A stretch of DNA of 64,000 nucleotides from Minisyncoccota bacterium (GCA_041661265.1 JBAZUT010000002.1:140316-204315), one strand, 5' to 3'; counted from the stretch's first letter, positions 51,859 to 62,340 are shown. Program-made: numbers and translations. The notes: generated by a model not told the origin, from the sequence alone.

Positions 51859-52098
51859 TGCTTTATTTATTTATTTAGCTAATCTTTGCATACTGCATCA
51901 ATTACAACACTTATAGTATAACACATTTCACGCATTATTACACAACAAAATATCGTATCAAAAAATTATCTATTTATCATGTTTCAATGCCCTCAATTTC
52001 CTTTTGCTTATTTCTGTCATTTCCCGCTATTCCTGAATTGCCTTTGTAGGATATGGGATGATTTCGTCTGTTTTCATTTCCAACATTTCATCCTCTCT

Positions 52099-53493
52099 TT
52101 AATTTATAGCATTGCATGTACAAGATCCCGTTGCATCCGGCTGAGTCGAGCAGTACCCTATTGTCTTATCGGCTCTCCAGCAAAGAGCTTTGTTCGCTTG
52201 TGCGGCGCCGCTTCCGATGCTTACATTTCCCCTGACATCCAATTTTGCATTCGGACTATTCGTTCCAATCCCGACATTAACGTTTCCGCCACCCGTATAC
52301 CTGTTAACTACTCCCCATCCGAGGGTATTATTCCAATCTGCTTCATTTTGCGCACTGACTCCCAAATAACTTCCGGTTCCTCCGCCAAATCTCCAATTTA
52401 TATCCCCGACATCAGAGTCGATAAAGTTTATTTCCGGACTTCCATCTTGGACAAGAACTTCATCGCCCACAACGTCAAGTTTAGCTGCTGGCGTCGCCGT
52501 CCCGATGCCGACATTGCCATCACTCTTTATTGTCATTCTTTCTACAGGAGCAATCGTGCCATCCGGAGTCGTACTGAACACGAGTTTCACGGGAAGACTG
52601 GTCGCAGAAACTGTCCCGCTATCCATCACCGCTCCGAATCTTCCAAGCCTGCTAACATACCCATTTCCGTTATATGCTCCGAAGCCTATCCATCCCAGCT
52701 CGGTAGGATTTGGAAGGGTGTTGTTGACGATAGTCGGATTTTCGGGTGTTCCTCTGGATCTGAAAATATCAAAGTCGAATTTATCGCTATACCCATCAGA
52801 TGAACTGGTTGCATTCATATCCATATTCTTCCCAGACATGGCAATAAGGCTGTCATCGGAGCCAGTTATATATGGCGTTTTTGTTCCAAAATCTCCCAAC
52901 ATCAGATTTCCCTTGCTGGAAACTGCAAATCTGTTCGCTCCCGCGCTGTTTGAAAAATTTACGATTGATGATTCATATGTGAAAGCCGTACCAGCCGGAA
53001 GAGCCGGACTGAATACTTCAGACTCAATTGACGTATCGCTTACGATCCTTTTGATTATTTTCGTCTGGCCTGCTGCTGTTATTCTTGATCCCACTCCGAT
53101 CTCATCTAAAAATTTCGTACCAACACCGGTTATGACGCCAGCCCCGGAAATCGTACCCGTGCCAACCTTGCCGGCTGCACCCCTTATGCTCAACGTTGAG
53201 GCTGGTGTTGTCGTTCCGATCCCGACATTGCCTTCATCGACCCTGACATTTCCCTTATTGACTATCAGGCCGTTCGGAGCGCCATTAACATTCAGGGTAA
53301 GACCGCCCAATTTAACCTGTCCGGTCGCCCCGATATTCAGTGGCAGATCAACATTATTCCCCGGCGCGGGCGCCGTCGGCTCCGTCCAATTCGCAGCCAG
53401 AACCACATAGCTCAAGGAAACACTGAACACCAAAGCGCTGGCCAGAAATGCAGCCGTCTTTGCATTTTTAGAAAACATTTTTGTCTTTATCAT
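52099..53493 (-). CDS. secreted tail-fibre-like beta-repeat protein (464 aa)
   Basis: Signal peptide, WTEPTAPAPGNNVDLPLNIG head, GNVGIGT repeats, Cys-rich C-terminal tip. Confidence 0.8.
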   Translation of the reverse strand: MIKTKMFSKNAKTAAFLASALVFSVSLSYVVLAANWTEPTAPAPGNNVDLPLNIGATGQVKLGGLTLNVNGAPNGLIVNKGNVRVDEGNVGIGTTTPASTLSIRGAAGKVGTGTISGAGVITGVGTKFLDEIGVGSRITAAGQTKIIKRIVSDTSIESEVFSPALPAGTAFTYESSIVNFSNSAGANRFAVSSKGNLMLGDFGTKTPYITGSDDSLIAMSGKNMDMNATSSSDGYSDKFDFDIFRSRGTPENPTIVNNTLPNPTELGWIGFGAYNGNGYVSRLGRFGAVMDSGTVSATSLPVKLVFSTTPDGTIAPVERMTIKSDGNVGIGTATPAAKLDVVGDEVLVQDGSPEINFIDSDVGDINWRFGGGTGSYLGVSAQNEADWNNTLGWGVVNRYTGGGNVNVGIGTNSPNAKLDVRGNVSIGSGAAQANKALCWRADKTIGYCSTQPDATGSCTCNAIN

Positions 53494-53518
53494 TTTTATA
53501 AAATTAATATTATATAAA

Positions 53519-53860
53519 TTATTTCTGAGCAGATGTTGTAGAATCTATTAACTCTTGTATTTTTCTCTCCCTTTCTTTGGAACTTAATTCCGTTTCATTC
53601 GGATCCGGAACCTTCTCCGGAGCAGTCACTGAGTCGATCAGCTCCTTCGGAATCTCCTTTTTGATTCCATCGTCCGGCGCATTCACAGTTTTCATCATTT
53701 CCTCTAGCGGATCTGCCTCCTTCTCCGGAACTGCTTTCGGAATTCTTCCTATGTATCCGCCAACATACAGTATAATGAGCACCAGAGCAACAACGAAAAA
53801 TACTATTGCGTTAAGCAGATATTCGTTGTCTTTCCTTTTCGGCAGCTTCCTCGGTTTCAT
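53519..53860 (-). CDS. small single-pass membrane protein (paralogue of 47651-47968)
   Basis: Start MKPRKLPK at 53860; TM followed by repeats (EMMKTVNAP / ELIDSVTAP / ELIDSTTS). Confidence 0.75.
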   Translation of the reverse strand: MKPRKLPKRKDNEYLLNAIVFFVVALVLIILYVGGYIGRIPKAVPEKEADPLEEMMKTVNAPDDGIKKEIPKELIDSVTAPEKVPDPNETELSSKERERKIQELIDSTTSAQK

Positions 53861-53883
53861 GTTTTTTTTTAATATATTAATTT

Positions 53884-56800
53884 CTATGGCGCAGCTTCGT
53901 TCCATTTCGGCCTCTCGCTCATGACATCTATGGGCTGCAGAGTGAATCTTTCGCTCGCATAGCAACTATATACCTGAGCGGAAGAATCGGTTACTTTCAG
54001 GTCCACCGCAAAGGTTCCCTGATCTGCGTAATTGTGGACTACATTATAACCCAAAGCCGGTCCGGGGTCGGAGAAGGTGTCAATGTCATTCGGCGTCCCA
54101 TCTCCAAAGATCCATTCCATTTCTTTTATATAATATCCGGCCGCAACCGAAGTCGGCTCCGCAAGCGGATTTCCGGAAACATCATTAAAAGGATCGAGTG
54201 TCACGTCCATGAATTGCAGGATGTCCGTATCCGGAGAGTATGAAAAATTAGCGACAGGATAAGAATGGTCCGGGGTCGCAATAGGACTATTCGGATCCGA
54301 ACTGTTATAAGGGAACTTCACCCCCGGAGTCACTGCGCTTGCATTATCCTCACTGTCATAAACAGTAACATTCCATGAATATGTAAAATTTCCATAATCT
54401 ATAAACCCGGGACAGAAGCCGTTGATATCATTACCCGTCAAAGTGTTTATGAAATCAAATTGTTTTCCCGTCGAACACACGGCCAGGTCGCTCCTCTCAA
54501 CGTCAACCCGATATGCACTCTGAGACGTTCCTGCCGCGTCATCTTCCACGTCAGTGAAGACCCACGAGATCCTTTCCGCCCACGGATCCTGCCTGCAAGG
54601 ATCGATCGAGGTCGCGTTTGCATTCGTAACGGACGGGTTAAACGTTCCGACGCTGACGCAATAATCAGCTCCGTTGCAAAAACTGATCCAGCCTGTCACG
54701 TCGCCTCCCCACGCCCAGCCGTTGAAATTTCCGCCACTCAGGATAACTTTGTAATTGCCCGAATTAACCGGAATCGTCAGATTATCAATGCCGCCGCAAG
54801 CCACGTCAAGAAACTCATTATTATCCGTATCGCAATCATCGGCCAATATGATGCCATCGCCTCCGCAGCTTACATCAAGTCTCCCGTTATTATCCGTATC
54901 GCAATTATTTATATTTCCTTTCAAATTGATCCACCCGTCCCAGTCACCGGTTTCCCAAGGATTTTTAAGCGCGCCCGAACAGTCTGCACTAAACACCGAA
55001 CAAGCCCTCGCCCAGCCGATAAAATCACCTGCGCCATCAAGACTTGCCTGGCAGGCTCCCGACGGACAGCCGGAAATATCGCCAAAATCAGGATCTCCCG
55101 AAACTCCATAACCGAAAGTTATCCACCCGATATTCTCACTCCATGCATAACCCGACAGAATTCCGCCTGAGTCCAGATTTACTCCATAAGATTTGACTGC
55201 GCCATTGGTCTGGCAGCCTGGAGGCGCGGGAGTTGAACCGACAGGAACCCCTTCGCTGTTTCCTTCATATATCCCATCCTTGTCAACATCGCAATTCTTG
55301 CTGTTGAAGCTTATCCAGCCTGCAGTCGAGCTCCACGCAAAACCCATAACATTTGAATTTTGAGCTTCGCACCCGGGCTTTGAAGGATCCGTCGTAATAT
55401 TCGGTCCGTCCGTTACCGCGCTCGAAAGAACATCCGTCTCATCCCAAACAGTGAGATCCCAATACAAAGTTTTTCCATATGCAGCCGCTCCAAAATCCGC
55501 ATCATAGGTTGTGCTCGATGATAATACAATTCCCGTATTCAAAATATTATTCGTCTTTCCTGCATCATCATACACCCTGATCCGGTATGATTTTTGCGCA
55601 AATTGCGGAGTCGTATTGGATTGATATGTCCAGGAAAGATCATATCTGTTGTCGCTTGTGCAATTATTTATCGGACCCGCAACACTAAGACCGGACACCG
55701 TTGGCGGGACACATTGAAAAACGGTTCCCTGCTGACCATTGTCGCCCCCATTGATTCCCGTACCGCCATTAACATTAAAGCTGCCTCCGTAAGTATTAGA
55801 ATTAGAACAATTCACAATCCTTCCGCCACCGCCGCCGCCATTGCCATTTATATTTCCTCCATTGCCGCCATTTGAAGTGATAAGACCGGAAGCCAAACCG
55901 GTTAGATTATTTGAAATCAAGAAAATCGATCCTCCGGCGCCTCCCCCTCTCGGGCCAACCGCACTTAAACCGGAAGCGTCAATTATTCCGCTGTTGGTAA
56001 GACTATTTGTGATCATTATTTTGATCATTCCGCCGCCAGTGCCACTGGCAGGAGCTCCGGCACCCGCGAAAGCCGAGCCGCCATCGCCTCCGATTCCGCC
56101 ATATCCGCCTCCTCTATTGTTCTGGAAACTACCCGTTTGTCCTCCCGAACCCAGATCATTCGGATTAGTGAGAGATCCATACGTATTGCCTCCGGTGTTT
56201 CCCGAACCGGGTCCTTCGTCGGCAGAATAACCCTTTCCAATCGCATCAATTTTGCCTCCGGCAATTATAGTAAGATTATTAAGATTCAAATCGATATAAT
56301 TAACCTTGGCATTTGTGTTCGCAATATGACTCAGCGTTCCAGCGATGGTTAAATTCCTTAAATTTGGAAAATTCGTCGTAGTTGGCGAGAAAGTATTCAC
56401 GGTAAAGTTGCCGTTAAGCGTCATATCCGTGAAACCCAGGCTTATTGCATTGAGATTCCCGGTATTGGTTCCAATACCGTTTATGTTTATCACATCCGCG
56501 CCATTAACCGTAAACAGACTGTTATTATCCAGCACGCCGACAGATGTAAGATTCGTGACGCCATTTGCGGTAAAAGTTCCATTATTGGTTATACCCCAGA
56601 AAGACCATGCCCCCGTATTTAAAGCTGTGATATTTACACCCGGATTGATCTTGAAATGCCCTCCATTTGTGATCGTGAGATAATCAATGTTCATATTGGC
56701 ACCGACAGGAGTCATTTCCCCGGCCACACCGTTATTTATCAGACTTAAATATCCGTTTGGATTTGCACCATCGTCTTTGTCTTTTGAATAAATAGTTCCC

Positions 56801-59800
56801 GCACCTCCATATACAGCCGAACCGGATGGCGCCCCGCCATAGGCTATCGCCGATCCTAAATAAGATTTTGCATTGTAGCGATATGAGATCCTTCCGCCGC
56901 CGCCGCCGCCATTATTATTTGTATTGCCGCCATTCCCGCCGCTTGCGATCATTGAGCCCGTAGCTGCTCCTCCAAAATTATTCGTATCGACATATATTGT
57001 TCCGCCCGATCCTCCCGCCCTCGTTCCCGTAGCATTGCTTCCCGAGACATTGATCGTACCATTAAGCATGAGAGTGTTCCCGATCGTCAATTTAACCAAT
57101 CCGCCGCCCGTGCCGCCGCCCGCCGGCGCTCCGGCTCCGGCCCAAGCCGAACCTCCATCGCCTCCGATACCTCCGAATCCGCCTCCCCTATTATTCTGGA
57201 AACTTCCTGATTTACCGCCGGAACCCAAGTCATTCGGATCGGTAATCGATCCATATGCATTGCCTCCGGTGTTTCCTGAACCCGCACCCTGATCTGCCGC
57301 GTAACCTTTGCCAGCCGCATCGATCTTTCCTCCTGCATTAACTGTCAGATTATCAAGAGTCAGATCAATATAATTGACGGGAGTATTATTATTTGCAAGA
57401 TGACCCAAAGTTCCGTTCACGGTCATATTTACAAGTGAAGCAAAACTAGTTGTTGTCGGCGAGAAAGTATTGACGATAAGCGTACCGTCAATTGTAAGAT
57501 TGGGAACATTATTAGCTATTAAATTCCCATTATTAGTGACAGTTGCGGTATTGTTTATCGTTAAGTTGTTTATATTCCGAACATCGAAATAGCTGTTATT
57601 ATTAAGAACGCCGGTTACAGTCAGACTCGCCACACCCAATGCCGAGAAATTCCCGTTATTGGTTATGCTCGAGAAAGACCATACGCCGGTGTTGTAAGCG
57701 TCCAAATTAACGCCGGAATTTATGCTGAGATGGGCGCCATTCGCAACCGTTAGAATATCAATCAGCATGCTGTTCTCGAGTGGCGTGATCTCTCCGGAAA
57801 ATCCATTATTATCGAGAGTCAGATAACCGTTCGGGTTCAGGGCGTCTGATTTATTCTTTGAATACACCGTGCCGGCTCCGCCATATGTAGCCGCGCCTGT
57901 TCGCGCTCCGCCAAAAGCAACGGCAGTTCCTGTATATGTTTTTGAATTAAAGTAGTATGCGATCCTTCCGCCTCCGCCTCCGCCATTGTCATTGGATGCG
58001 CCCGCTGACCCGCCATTTGCGATCATCGAACCCGTTGCGGCGCCTGCCAGATTGTTCACATCGACATATATCGATCCGCCCGATCCACCGGCTCTTGTTC
58101 CGGTAGAATTAACTGCCGAAGCATTTATCGAGCCATCCAAGGTCAGAATGTTGCTGATAGTCAATTTTACCGAACCGCCGCCGGCCCCACCGGTCGCAGG
58201 CGCTCCGCAGCATCCCCCGGTACCCGCCCCTCCTTTTCCGCCATAGCCCGCGCCTCTTCTTCCGGCAAATGCCCCTGATTCTCCGCCGGAACCCATTTCA
58301 TTGGGATTAGTGATAGATCCATAAGTATTACCCCCTAAATTCCCCGAACCGGCGCCCTGGTCTGCAGCATATCCCCTGCCGACTGCGTTTAGTACGCCCG
58401 TAGCGGCAATATTTCCGCTGGTCGCAATTATTTCAACCTTGCCATAATTCGTTCCGTCATAAGCTTTGACATAAACCGTCCTGCCGGCGGGTATGCTGAA
58501 ATTATTGATATTGCAATGCGTTCCCGCTATGTCTATTATTCCGGCAGTCGCATTCAAATCCCAAGCATCTCCGTCCGTCGGAGTCCAATTTGCCCCACCA
58601 TGATCGATCCCGGCGCATGGAGCGACGGGAACAGCGCTCGCCTCATCCGATTGAGGACCTTCGCCTATGATATTCGAAGCTGAAACTTTATAGTAATAAG
58701 TAGTGCCATTAACCAGTCCCGTATCCGTGCATGTGAGCACATTTCCAAGGCTTGAACAGCCACCTGCTATTAATAAAGAATAAGAACCATTAGTGGGACT
58801 ACTTCGATACACTTTGTAATTGGTAATAGGTGAACCGCCATCAGCCGGAGCGGTCCAAGACAAAACTACCTGAGCATTCCCAGCTGCAGCCGCTAAGCCA
58901 GTTACTTTATCGGGAGATGATATAACGCAACGGATAGAATTCGCGTCTACTTTAGACCAACTATCGGGGTCTCCTCCTTTTGGAACACCAGAATAAAGAT
59001 ATCTTAGAAATGCATCGCTTGCATTAATCTGAGTCGACGACCAAAGATGCGTATCAGCACCAATATCCCAAAAATTATTAAAAGAATAGCTACCACTCCA
59101 AAGCGCCTCGAATCCCGCTTGACCGCCCTGGTCAAGTTCTGCTTCAGCATCTGAATATCCATAGAAACCTATCACATAATTTCTTAAGATATCGAACTCT
59201 GATTGCTGAGGAATATGCCATCCGGCGGGACAGAGCCCCTGAACAGGCTGAGTTATGAATGCGGAACAGTCGCCTGTCCTGCACGAATTAGGCACCCGTA
59301 AAGCTTCCGTCCACTGATATAAACCGCCATACATATTGCAATTATTATTTCCGGTTGCGATCTGTCCGGCATTTCCATCTGTCATATAGCCATAGCAATA
59401 TTTTTCAACAATTCCATTATCGGTCTGATCTTGATAGGTTACGTTATCATCCAGCTTTCGGCTGATCATCTTTCCCAAAGTAAGGTTTTCTTTTGTCCAG
59501 CATTGATTTCCTATCTTAACGGTGTTATAGATATTGCCTTCGACATCCGCAGCTGAAGGAAACGGCGGACAAGCATTGGTAAGGGCAGCAAGGATCGTCG
59601 TCGGAGCCGATAACATTGAAGCACCGTTTACGGTTCCATCATTGGGAATGACTTCAACCGTGATCACATTTCCGGCGACATAATTCGCGGAAGTTAAAGT
59701 TGAAGCCGTTGCTCCGGCAATATCCACACCTCCCTTTTTCCATTGATAAGCATAGGTTATCGGGTCCCCATCGGCGTCCGTGGCGGAAACAAGCGCCGCC

Positions 59801-62340
59801 AAATTCGGCGTGCTGGCATATGCAGGACTCGGGGTTATGGTTACCAAAGTCATGACAGGAGATGCGTTCGACGAACCTGAACATGCTGCTAAAGGATTGG
59901 ATTCATTGCAATCCTCTCCCACAAAATCGCGAGTGCCATTGTTTATTCCAAGCTGATTCCAGCACGATCCCCCTGTTGACTTGCATGAACAATTTGAAAG
60001 CGTCGCACCGGTCACTCTCAGGGTCCCGCCCGCACCGGTTGCGCTGGTTCCCGGAAGATCAAAAAATCCCGATCCCATCCAGTCTATGAGACCTCCGTTC
60101 TTCGCCTCAAGAACAGTTGAAGAGCAGTTGGGAGCATAATAAGTGTCAAGTCCGGTCATATCGATCGTCCCGCCATTTTGTCCGCAAACTCCGAAATTTT
60201 CGCACGAATTGGCATGTATCCCGCCCTTGAAATAACCCGAACCAGTTATACTGACATTTCCCGCTTTTCTTGAGCTTGATGTTGAGATCAGACTGCCGGA
60301 ACCCTCAACGCCGATGCTTCCGCTGCCGGTCAGATTCACAACGCCTCCGTTCACGCCGGCAATATTCGTGTTCCCGGTTTTGATCAACGACGATCCGCTT
60401 AATACTGTGTCATTTGAAAAAGTTATATTGACATTGCCGCCTGTTTTTGCCGGCCCGCCTGCCGCATTGCTCCCCTCGGTATAGATCTTCAAATTCGATC
60501 CTCCCGGAAAAATCGAGGCCCCACCCGCCCCGGTAACATCCAAATTTCCGCCGTTTCCAGTCAAAGTGTCCGGAACACTGAGGTCAACAATAAGCCCTCC
60601 GTTCGGATAGAAGATATCTCCGCCGGTCATATTGATATTTCTGGCGTTCGTGCTTGATGTTGCTTTTCCGTCTATCAGAACTTCAGTGTTCGCTCCGACA
60701 AACTTGTTTCTGAAATCGATATCCGTTCCCGTCAGGTCAAGATCGCTCGACAGGATTATTCTCAGAGGATTTGGCGTGTTCGCATTGACATCAATACTGA
60801 CGCCTGTATGCGAACCTCCAAGATAGCATGGATTTTGGGTTATCGTGCAATTTCCAGAAACTGGACAGCACTGAGACGCCGTGACCATAAATGAATATTT
60901 TCCCACTGCGGGACTCAAGCTGATATTTCCGGCTCCATCAGTCGCTTCCGATTGATATTCGATCACATCGCCCGGAGTAAGCGGACCGTTTATCGCAAGT
61001 TGATGCAAACCTCCCGTAGCCCAGGTGCTCACAGGCTGAAGGACTCCGTTTATCCAATATCTTATCTTGTGATCAACGATTATGCCTGAATCATCCGAGG
61101 CTGTTGAATAGATCGTCACTTTTTCAGTGGGTTGATCGATATCCGCATAATTGACAACTCCCCCATCAGCAACCTGAACACCCAAAGAATCCGGCCTCCA
61201 TGCAGCTGTCGTCAAAGTTGGATTTATCGTGTCGGGAATCCCGCTGATTATACTGAATTTGCTCGTGCCTTCAGAAGAAACATAAGAATATCCGCTTCTG
61301 AAAGAAAGACCGTAAGGCATATCTAGATTGGCAGAATCCTGTAAGAAATCCGCTATTACTGGATTATTAGCGTTAGAAATATTAACTAACGTTAAAGTAT
61401 CGGAATCATAAGCGGAAACATATGCCATGAAACCGAAAACCTTAACCCCTTTCGCACCATTCAGTCGATTATTGTCTTTAACAGAACCGACTATTACAGG
61501 ATTCGCAGGATCAGAAATGTTCACAATGGTCAATCTGTCTCCTTCAGGTGTCACAGGTCCCGTCCCACGTGATGTCACATAAGCGTAAGGACTGGCAATA
61601 TCAACTCCATATGCTGTATTCAGCTGCTCATCATCCCTCACGGATCCCACATAACTCATTGCAAGGGGATTGGAAATATCTATAATAGTCAATCGATTAC
61701 CTTCGGTCGGACAAGCACCATTTCCTCCTCTCGCCGTAACATATGCAAGACTGCCGACAATTTTCAAATCCCACGCTCCGCATAATTCATTATTTCTCTG
61801 AATTGATGATGCAACGGAAGGGTTTGCCGGATTTGAAATGTTCACTGCCGTTAATCGATTTTGATATCTCGCAGTTACATACGCATAATTTCCCGAAACA
61901 AAAACGCCCGTTGGAGTATCAAGATTTACTCCATCGGCTACAAAACCCGCAATAAATGGCACTGCAGGATTTGTAATATCTACAACACTTAATGTGTCGG
62001 CTGCGCGCGATACAACATATGCGTAATTTCCATATACATAAACACTGTATGCCTCGTTAAGCGTTACCCCATCACAGACCGATCCGACATAACTGGGAGC
62101 TGTCACAGTTGTAATGTCGAGAATTGTAAGACAATCAACAGAAGGTGCGGTCACATAAGCATAATTACCGGAAATTGTCGAATTCCATGCGCCGCTCATA
62201 TTCGGATGAGTGTATGAACCGACTATTCCGAGCGCTGCATCCGCCTTGCCGGCAGATAAACTTGAAATTAAAAATAAAACCAAAAAACACAAAAGGCTCG
62301 TGATCGTTTTTCTCACTTTTGAAATGTTTTTTAATTTCAT
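53884..62340 (-). CDS. giant secreted adhesin (~2818 aa): LVIVD beta-propeller, Ig, FISUMP domain, Fn3, three Gly-rich/beta-helix repeats, GWI repeats, PKD-like, C-terminal KWNEAAP
   Basis: Start MKLKNISK at 62340 with signal peptide (ADA|A); GNYAYV...L.I.DISNP repeats; DVEGNIYNTVKIGNQCW...CPAGWHIP...SIRCV. Confidence 0.88.
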   Translation of the reverse strand: MKLKNISKVRKTITSLLCFLVLFLISSLSAGKADAALGIVGSYTHPNMSGAWNSTISGNYAYVTAPSVDCLTILDITTVTAPSYVGSVCDGVTLNEAYSVYVYGNYAYVVSRAADTLSVVDITNPAVPFIAGFVADGVNLDTPTGVFVSGNYAYVTARYQNRLTAVNISNPANPSVASSIQRNNELCGAWDLKIVGSLAYVTARGGNGACPTEGNRLTIIDISNPLAMSYVGSVRDDEQLNTAYGVDIASPYAYVTSRGTGPVTPEGDRLTIVNISDPANPVIVGSVKDNNRLNGAKGVKVFGFMAYVSAYDSDTLTLVNISNANNPVIADFLQDSANLDMPYGLSFRSGYSYVSSEGTSKFSIISGIPDTINPTLTTAAWRPDSLGVQVADGGVVNYADIDQPTEKVTIYSTASDDSGIIVDHKIRYWINGVLQPVSTWATGGLHQLAINGPLTPGDVIEYQSEATDGAGNISLSPAVGKYSFMVTASQCCPVSGNCTITQNPCYLGGSHTGVSIDVNANTPNPLRIILSSDLDLTGTDIDFRNKFVGANTEVLIDGKATSSTNARNINMTGGDIFYPNGGLIVDLSVPDTLTGNGGNLDVTGAGGASIFPGGSNLKIYTEGSNAAGGPAKTGGNVNITFSNDTVLSGSSLIKTGNTNIAGVNGGVVNLTGSGSIGVEGSGSLISTSSSRKAGNVSITGSGYFKGGIHANSCENFGVCGQNGGTIDMTGLDTYYAPNCSSTVLEAKNGGLIDWMGSGFFDLPGTSATGAGGTLRVTGATLSNCSCKSTGGSCWNQLGINNGTRDFVGEDCNESNPLAACSGSSNASPVMTLVTITPSPAYASTPNLAALVSATDADGDPITYAYQWKKGGVDIAGATASTLTSANYVAGNVITVEVIPNDGTVNGASMLSAPTTILAALTNACPPFPSAADVEGNIYNTVKIGNQCWTKENLTLGKMISRKLDDNVTYQDQTDNGIVEKYCYGYMTDGNAGQIATGNNNCNMYGGLYQWTEALRVPNSCRTGDCSAFITQPVQGLCPAGWHIPQQSEFDILRNYVIGFYGYSDAEAELDQGGQAGFEALWSGSYSFNNFWDIGADTHLWSSTQINASDAFLRYLYSGVPKGGDPDSWSKVDANSIRCVISSPDKVTGLAAAAGNAQVVLSWTAPADGGSPITNYKVYRSSPTNGSYSLLIAGGCSSLGNVLTCTDTGLVNGTTYYYKVSASNIIGEGPQSDEASAVPVAPCAGIDHGGANWTPTDGDAWDLNATAGIIDIAGTHCNINNFSIPAGRTVYVKAYDGTNYGKVEIIATSGNIAATGVLNAVGRGYAADQGAGSGNLGGNTYGSITNPNEMGSGGESGAFAGRRGAGYGGKGGAGTGGCCGAPATGGAGGGSVKLTISNILTLDGSINASAVNSTGTRAGGSGGSIYVDVNNLAGAATGSMIANGGSAGASNDNGGGGGGRIAYYFNSKTYTGTAVAFGGARTGAATYGGAGTVYSKNKSDALNPNGYLTLDNNGFSGEITPLENSMLIDILTVANGAHLSINSGVNLDAYNTGVWSFSSITNNGNFSALGVASLTVTGVLNNNSYFDVRNINNLTINNTATVTNNGNLIANNVPNLTIDGTLIVNTFSPTTTSFASLVNMTVNGTLGHLANNNTPVNYIDLTLDNLTVNAGGKIDAAGKGYAADQGAGSGNTGGNAYGSITDPNDLGSGGKSGSFQNNRGGGFGGIGGDGGSAWAGAGAPAGGGTGGGLVKLTIGNTLMLNGTINVSGSNATGTRAGGSGGTIYVDTNNFGGAATGSMIASGGNGGNTNNNGGGGGGRISYRYNAKSYLGSAIAYGGAPSGSAVYGGAGTIYSKDKDDGANPNGYLSLINNGVAGEMTPVGANMNIDYLTITNGGHFKINPGVNITALNTGAWSFWGITNNGTFTANGVTNLTSVGVLDNNSLFTVNGADVININGIGTNTGNLNAISLGFTDMTLNGNFTVNTFSPTTTNFPNLRNLTIAGTLSHIANTNAKVNYIDLNLNNLTIIAGGKIDAIGKGYSADEGPGSGNTGGNTYGSLTNPNDLGSGGQTGSFQNNRGGGYGGIGGDGGSAFAGAGAPASGTGGGMIKIMITNSLTNSGIIDASGLSAVGPRGGGAGGSIFLISNNLTGLASGLITSNGGNGGNINGNGGGGGGRIVNCSNSNTYGGSFNVNGGTGINGGDNGQQGTVFQCVPPTVSGLSVAGPINNCTSDNRYDLSWTYQSNTTPQFAQKSYRIRVYDDAGKTNNILNTGIVLSSSTTYDADFGAAAYGKTLYWDLTVWDETDVLSSAVTDGPNITTDPSKPGCEAQNSNVMGFAWSSTAGWISFNSKNCDVDKDGIYEGNSEGVPVGSTPAPPGCQTNGAVKSYGVNLDSGGILSGYAWSENIGWITFGYGVSGDPDFGDISGCPSGACQASLDGAGDFIGWARACSVFSADCSGALKNPWETGDWDGWINLKGNINNCDTDNNGRLDVSCGGDGIILADDCDTDNNEFLDVACGGIDNLTIPVNSGNYKVILSGGNFNGWAWGGDVTGWISFCNGADYCVSVGTFNPSVTNANATSIDPCRQDPWAERISWVFTDVEDDAAGTSQSAYRVDVERSDLAVCSTGKQFDFINTLTGNDINGFCPGFIDYGNFTYSWNVTVYDSEDNASAVTPGVKFPYNSSDPNSPIATPDHSYPVANFSYSPDTDILQFMDVTLDPFNDVSGNPLAEPTSVAAGYYIKEMEWIFGDGTPNDIDTFSDPGPALGYNVVHNYADQGTFAVDLKVTDSSAQVYSCYASERFTLQPIDVMSERPKWNEAAP

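Noticed and set aside
45025-53493. Prophage tail module
   Set aside because: The proteins have signal peptides and lie in a pilus locus; there are no capsid, terminase, portal or integrase genes.
55730-58400. Gly-rich repeats as a DGR template/variable pair
   Set aside because: Differences are mostly synonymous and not adenine-specific, and there is no reverse transcriptase in the window.
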